DNA of 20,699 nt from NCBI RefSeq assembly GCF_004376175.1, contig NZ_SNUY01000069.1, forward strand, positions 1 through 20,699. Direction: 5' to 3'. The notes under the pieces were generated by a model. It worked only from the letters and a program-made list of their open reading frames with translations, did not search any database and was not told where the DNA came from. The stretch comes from Halalkalibacterium halodurans (GTDB taxonomy: Bacteria; Bacillota; Bacilli; Bacillales; Bacillaceae_D). Positions 16,497 to 20,699 of this stretch are shown one piece after another. Position 1 is the first letter of the stretch; each line of letters starts with the position of its first letter. The position numbers were made by a program, and so were the translations under genes.

Positions 16497-19400
16497 TCAT
16501 AACGTCAGTTCAATTGTTTTAATTTCATAAGGAGTAAAAGTGAGTTCCACCGGTCGTGTGGACCATTCAGACAGCGCCTCAGACTCGATTAAATTTACTT
16601 CCCTCCACTGCTTTGCTTCATAACGACAATCAAGCTTGACTGTAGCCCGTGCCCCTTCCATTTCATGAAGCCGAATAATGACGGACGTTCCGTCTTCCGA
16701 TTTTTTGATTGCATCCACGATCACTTGATCAGAAGAAACGGTGAATAACGGCTGGTCAAACGGCATCTCCGCTTCTCCTGGCACCGCGATGATCGCTGAC
16801 TGAAGATAAGTGGCTTCCCGCTCAACGTCCCGTTTAAAAGCTGGCCCTTGAAACGGGTATAATGCATACGTAAATTGATGGTTGCCTATATCGGCTTCTG
16901 GGTCAGGGTATATAGCCCCTTTAAGTAAAGAGAGGGAAAGCACATTGTCCTTGATCGAATAGCCGTATTTGCTATCATTCAGCAAGCTGATGCCATAGTC
17001 TGCTTCAGCGATCGCAGCCCATTTATGACCGACCGTTTCAAATCGCGCCATATCCCATGAGGTGTTCCAATGGGTTGGACGCTTAAGATTGCCGAATTGA
17101 ATATCGTATATCGCTTCATTTGTACGGATATCGACTGGGAATTCAACCTTTAGTAGTTGTTGCCTCGCTTGCCAGTCCACCTCTGTTGCAAAATCAATTC
17201 TCGCCGTATGACGGTAGCACCGTATCGCTTGCTTGATCACTACACCGTCCTCTTTCCATCTAAATAAAACTGTTGTTCGTAGCGGGCCGTTTTCGATCAG
17301 CTCACAGCCTTGAAAGCTAGAAACGGTGGATGACTTTTCTTGATAGAACAAATCAATATCCCAAGCATCATGGGCAAGGGGCTTATCTTCAAAACGTTTG
17401 AACACATTCCCTAGCTTGCCTTGGGCGAGCCATTCTCTTTTCCCTAGTTTATCATACATCCTAATAAACTGGCCTTCATCGTTCCATTCCAATTGATACC
17501 ACGGAGTTTCCCACCTCCGCTCCTCAAAATTTACCTGACTAAGCATCTGCACTTCTTCTGCTGCCATCGTTGCTTTACTAATTGTTTGATAGGCAAACGG
17601 AATGCTTTTCTCAAGTAAGACAAGTGTTTCGTTATTTGCGGTTTGCTGAGATGAAAGCCCATGGCCTGTTTGATCCACGAAACGCTCGTCTGTTCCCTTA
17701 GGAATCGTTACAAGAATCGGTGTATCATATTGGTATGGATGAAAAAATGTCCACTTTTCTCGTTTATCATTCACCATTCGCTTTTCTTGTGTAGCAACAA
17801 CTTGCTTTTGGATGGCTGCCGCCTCGGTGTAATCCTTTGCTGCATCTTTATACACTTCTTTAATCGACGAACCGGGGATAATGTCATGAAACTGGTTGAG
17901 CAAAAGAAGCTTCCATCCTTTTTCAAGCGAAGACCCAGGATACGCATCCCACCCCTTTTCTGCGCTTGCAGTCACCGCGAGAATTTCCGCCTCTCGATAG
18001 GAAAACTCTAGCTGCCGGTTCTTTTTTTTCATTTTGGCTTGGCTTGTGTAGGTTCCGCGATGGTATTCTAAGTACAATTCTCCATCCCATGTATGGACAT
18101 ACTCTGCGGTATTTGCTACATTCTCATGCAACTGATGAAAATACTCTTTCACATGGGTCGATTTCACATGTGGTACCCCTGGGACTTGGTCAAGCTGGCG
18201 TTTCATCTCTAACATTTCCCGGTTCACACCGCCACCACCATCTCCGTAGCCGTACGCTAAAAGTAAATCCTGATTCACTGCTTTATCACGGTATTTTTCC
18301 CAAGTCCCTTTAATTGTCTCCGCACTCATAAGGCCATTGTACGTATAAAACCACGAGTCTTTTGGCCTTCCCGGCTCTGGGGTTGTAATAAAATGAGTTA
18401 AGATCTCCGTCCCGTCCAGTCCACGCCAATAAAACGTATCATTCGGCATTCGATTATATTGGTTCCAGCTAATTTTCGTCGTCATGAACGTATCGATGCC
18501 CGATTTTTTTAAAATTTGTGGAAGCGCCCAACTATAGCCGAACACATCTGGCAACCAGAGAATTTTGCTCTCCTTATGAAACTCCTTTTTGAAAAACCGC
18601 TTACCATATAACAGTTGACGTACAAGGGATTCACCTGAAGGAATGTTGCAGTCAGCTTCGACCCACATCCCCCCTTCCACTTCCCATTGACCGTCGTCCA
18701 CCTTTTGCTTGATGGCTTCATACAGCTTAGGCTCCTCTTCTTTCATCCATTGGTAAAGCTGGGGCTGGCTTTGTAGATACACATAGTCGGGGTACAAGTC
18801 CATTAAACGCAAAACGGTTGAAAAGGTTCGTTTGGCCTTTTCCTTCGTATGCTTCGTTTGCCAGAGCCATGCGAGATCAATATGGGAATGGCCAATAGCA
18901 TGGATGTGAACATCCGAATGTTTCGGGAGGTGCTCCATGTCTCTCTCTAAACGTTCAAGAGCCTCGTAAACAGAATCATAAAATTGTTCGTTCCCAGGCT
19001 GTGTCCAATTGATTGAAGCAAATGCTTGATTCAAACGTGACAGCATCGCCACTCTCGTAGCATCGTGAACGTCAAGCTGACCAATCGCTTCAAGAATGGC
19101 CTTCGCTTGAAAATAAAATGCATCCACCTTTTGATCAAGCCAACCGTACCACGCTTGTTTGAAACGATAGTACTGCGTCCTAGGAGTCCCGCCTCCTTCA
19201 AGGCCAGACCACATCATCACATCAATTTCGAGACGGTTTCCGCCTTCCTTTGGGAGAAGCACTTCTTGGTGGTTGCTGTCCACCCCTTGAAACGGCTGCT
19301 TATTCACAAACAGCAACGCTTCAAAGCCCGAATTGTTTCCGCCTCCCGTCCGTCCAACATCGAGAAATAATACACACCGCTTATCACTCCATGCTTCTGG

Positions 19401-19616
19401 GAGATGGAGAGAGGTATTCAACCATACATATTTATTTCGCCCTGACCACGTATCGTTCACGTGAAACGTTTGCTTTGGGTAGTGTGTAGGAACAACGCTC
19501 TCTTTGCCTTGCTCTGGTTCATACATATAAAAGCTGTCCAGCGGCTTTACATCACGATACCGATACGAGGCTAGTTCATTGATTCGGTTTTGCAGCTTTT
19601 CCAGTTGATAAAACAT
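16497..19616 (-). CDS. GH38 alpha-mannosidase, cytoplasmic (no signal peptide)
   Basis: 1039-aa ORF. It has the GH38 N-terminal metal-site motif HAIGHSHIDLAWLW and the nucleophile region WLPDVFGYS. Central and C-terminal beta-domains are of typical length. GGGGGA lies 5 nt before the ATG. Confidence 0.85.
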   Translation of the reverse strand: MFYQLEKLQNRINELASYRYRDVKPLDSFYMYEPEQGKESVVPTHYPKQTFHVNDTWSGRNKYVWLNTSLHLPEAWSDKRCVLFLDVGRTGGGNNSGFEALLFVNKQPFQGVDSNHQEVLLPKEGGNRLEIDVMMWSGLEGGGTPRTQYYRFKQAWYGWLDQKVDAFYFQAKAILEAIGQLDVHDATRVAMLSRLNQAFASINWTQPGNEQFYDSVYEALERLERDMEHLPKHSDVHIHAIGHSHIDLAWLWQTKHTKEKAKRTFSTVLRLMDLYPDYVYLQSQPQLYQWMKEEEPKLYEAIKQKVDDGQWEVEGGMWVEADCNIPSGESLVRQLLYGKRFFKKEFHKESKILWLPDVFGYSWALPQILKKSGIDTFMTTKISWNQYNRMPNDTFYWRGLDGTEILTHFITTPEPGRPKDSWFYTYNGLMSAETIKGTWEKYRDKAVNQDLLLAYGYGDGGGGVNREMLEMKRQLDQVPGVPHVKSTHVKEYFHQLHENVANTAEYVHTWDGELYLEYHRGTYTSQAKMKKKNRQLEFSYREAEILAVTASAEKGWDAYPGSSLEKGWKLLLLNQFHDIIPGSSIKEVYKDAAKDYTEAAAIQKQVVATQEKRMVNDKREKWTFFHPYQYDTPILVTIPKGTDERFVDQTGHGLSSQQTANNETLVLLEKSIPFAYQTISKATMAAEEVQMLSQVNFEERRWETPWYQLEWNDEGQFIRMYDKLGKREWLAQGKLGNVFKRFEDKPLAHDAWDIDLFYQEKSSTVSSFQGCELIENGPLRTTVLFRWKEDGVVIKQAIRCYRHTARIDFATEVDWQARQQLLKVEFPVDIRTNEAIYDIQFGNLKRPTHWNTSWDMARFETVGHKWAAIAEADYGISLLNDSKYGYSIKDNVLSLSLLKGAIYPDPEADIGNHQFTYALYPFQGPAFKRDVEREATYLQSAIIAVPGEAEMPFDQPLFTVSSDQVIVDAIKKSEDGTSVIIRLHEMEGARATVKLDCRYEAKQWREVNLIESEALSEWSTRPVELTFTPYEIKTIELTL

Positions 19617-20574
19617 GACGATCCCCCGCTTTATTGTTCTTCATATTCTCTAAAGGGCTACCAGGCACGTAAATCCCAGCCTCACTTAACAAAAATTCAC
19701 TGAACATAGAATTGGCCCAAGCAAACCAAGATCTCGTATACTGTTTAGGACGGTCCACATCAAAGCCTTCATGCATAAAGTACGTATCAGCATGGGTTTG
19801 CTTAAACATGGCAACAATCTGCCTTTTTTCCTTTGAATCAATTGCTGTCATTCCTTGGATCGCCAAGGAAATATGCCAGACGTAATGATCAGGTGTGTGA
19901 GGACTCCCGACTCCTTTCGCATACGAACCTTCGTAATAATACGGGTTGTCCCGACTTAAAATGAAACGTCTTGTGTTGTGATAAACAGGGTCATCGGCAG
20001 TTGTATAACCGAGATATGGTATCGCGAGCAAGCTTGGAACATTGGCGTCATCCATAAGATTGACCCGGCCATTCCCATCCGTTTCATACACATAGATTTC
20101 ACCGTAAACCGGATGGTCCATCTTGCCATACTGCTCGATCCCTTGGCGAATGTCTGCCTCTAACTCGCGAAATTGCTCAGCTAGCTTAATCTCCTCCATA
20201 GCTGTTAGCAATTCAACCGCATAGTTTGAGACGACTACAGCAAACATGTTTGCTGGGATGAGGTAGCCGTATAAGCACGCATCATCACTTGGACGAAATC
20301 CGGACCACGTCATTCCTGTAGGAACCGAGTACCCTCCTTTTCCCTTTCGTAACAGCGTGTCTGACACGCGGCAGTCGTCTCGTTCAAATGAATAGGATGA
20401 CTTTGCCTCATGGTCCTGTTCGATTTTCCATATCCGATATATGGTCTCAAGCACTTGCTTTAATGTTGGCTGTAGCACCGAATCATCGCCTGTCGCTTTC
20501 CAGTATAAATACGCGAGCTGAATCGGATAGCATAACGAATCCAATTCATATTTTCGCTCCCATACGAGGGGGCG
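19576..20574 (-). pseudogene. GH125 (DUF1237) exo-alpha-1,6-mannosidase gene, 5'-truncated remnant; the ORF nominally extends to a GTG at 20649
   Basis: GH125-like sequence starts abruptly at ...PLVWERKYELDSLCYPIQLAYLYW and runs through MHEGFDVD. As I recall, full-length homologues are about 425 aa and have roughly 125 aa before the WERKYE block. Here only 28 unrelated residues, encoded by AT-rich DNA, precede it, and there is no usable RBS. Confidence 0.65.
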
Positions 20575-20699
20575 TATTGTCAAAACTTTATATAAAAATA
20601 GGTTATTAAATCCTATATTAGAGGGCTTTATAAGCAAAAAAATTGCCACCCCCTTAAATTCTGTAGATAATTGAGGTTACCACAACACCCAATTCCAGA

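Noticed and set aside
17661-18313. Two overlapping plus-strand ORFs (116 and 115 aa) inside the GH38 gene. Similar antisense ORFs occur in gntP, pdxA2, kinase, deoR, mgl, SBP and GH125 (e.g. 1067-1318, 2650-2973, 3826-4116, 6780-7019, 10275-10571).
   Set aside because: All are antisense to strongly supported CDSs. They lack RBSs and have low-complexity or Cys/Arg/Ser-rich compositions typical of shadow ORFs.
19576-19616. The 41-nt GH125/GH38 overlap as a possible fusion or programmed frameshift
   Set aside because: GH38 has its own GGGGGA RBS and ATG, and a normal N-terminus. The overlap is more simply a C-terminal tail of the GH125 ORF running into the next gene.
20654-20698. Short minus-strand frame ending ...LELGVVVTSIIYRI-TAA at the right edge, a possible 3' end of a neighbouring gene
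   Set aside because: Only 14 codons are visible, which is too little to call a CDS or a family.
1-20699. CRISPR arrays, IS elements or transposases, tRNA/rRNA genes, and toxin-antitoxin or defence-system genes
   Set aside because: No regularly spaced repeats, no transposase- or integrase-like ORFs, and no tRNA-like sequences were seen. Every ORF over 150 aa has a clear metabolic, transport or regulatory assignment.

Overview
A 20.7-kb chromosomal segment that looks Bacillaceae-like, judging by GGAGG-type RBSs and by YdaD-, YkhA-, LplABC- and YesMN-like proteins. All supported genes but one lie on the minus strand. No transposase, phage, CRISPR or defence genes are visible, so this is mainly carbohydrate and amino-acid catabolism. 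There are three modules. (1) 229-4920 is a deoR / DUF1537 kinase / PdxA2 / GntP operon, the known two-enzyme route from a four-carbon acid sugar (D-threonate or D-erythronate) to DHAP. (2) 5080-8424 holds a YdaD-like SDR (+ strand), a methionine gamma-lyase, and an acyl-CoA thioesterase. The thioesterase is preceded by a complete, unannotated cobalamin riboswitch unit (sigma-A promoter, aptamer, antiterminator/terminator). This is the most unusual feature in the window. (3) 8440-20649 is an alpha-mannoside / N-glycan-core-type utilisation locus: GH125, GH38, a YesM/YesN-like two-component system, LplB/LplC-like permeases, an LplA-like lipoprotein SBP and a ROK kinase. This locus carries two apparent lesions. 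The SBP is split by a frameshift near 10731-10753. The GH125 gene lacks its 5' third, with homology ending near 20575 against unrelated AT-rich sequence. Smaller observations are a 16-nt direct repeat bracketing the deoR promoter, cre/CodY-like sites, U-tract-less intercistronic hairpins, and a ROK kinase lacking the zinc motif. All calls rest on reading the sequence and recalling family motifs; no searches were run.
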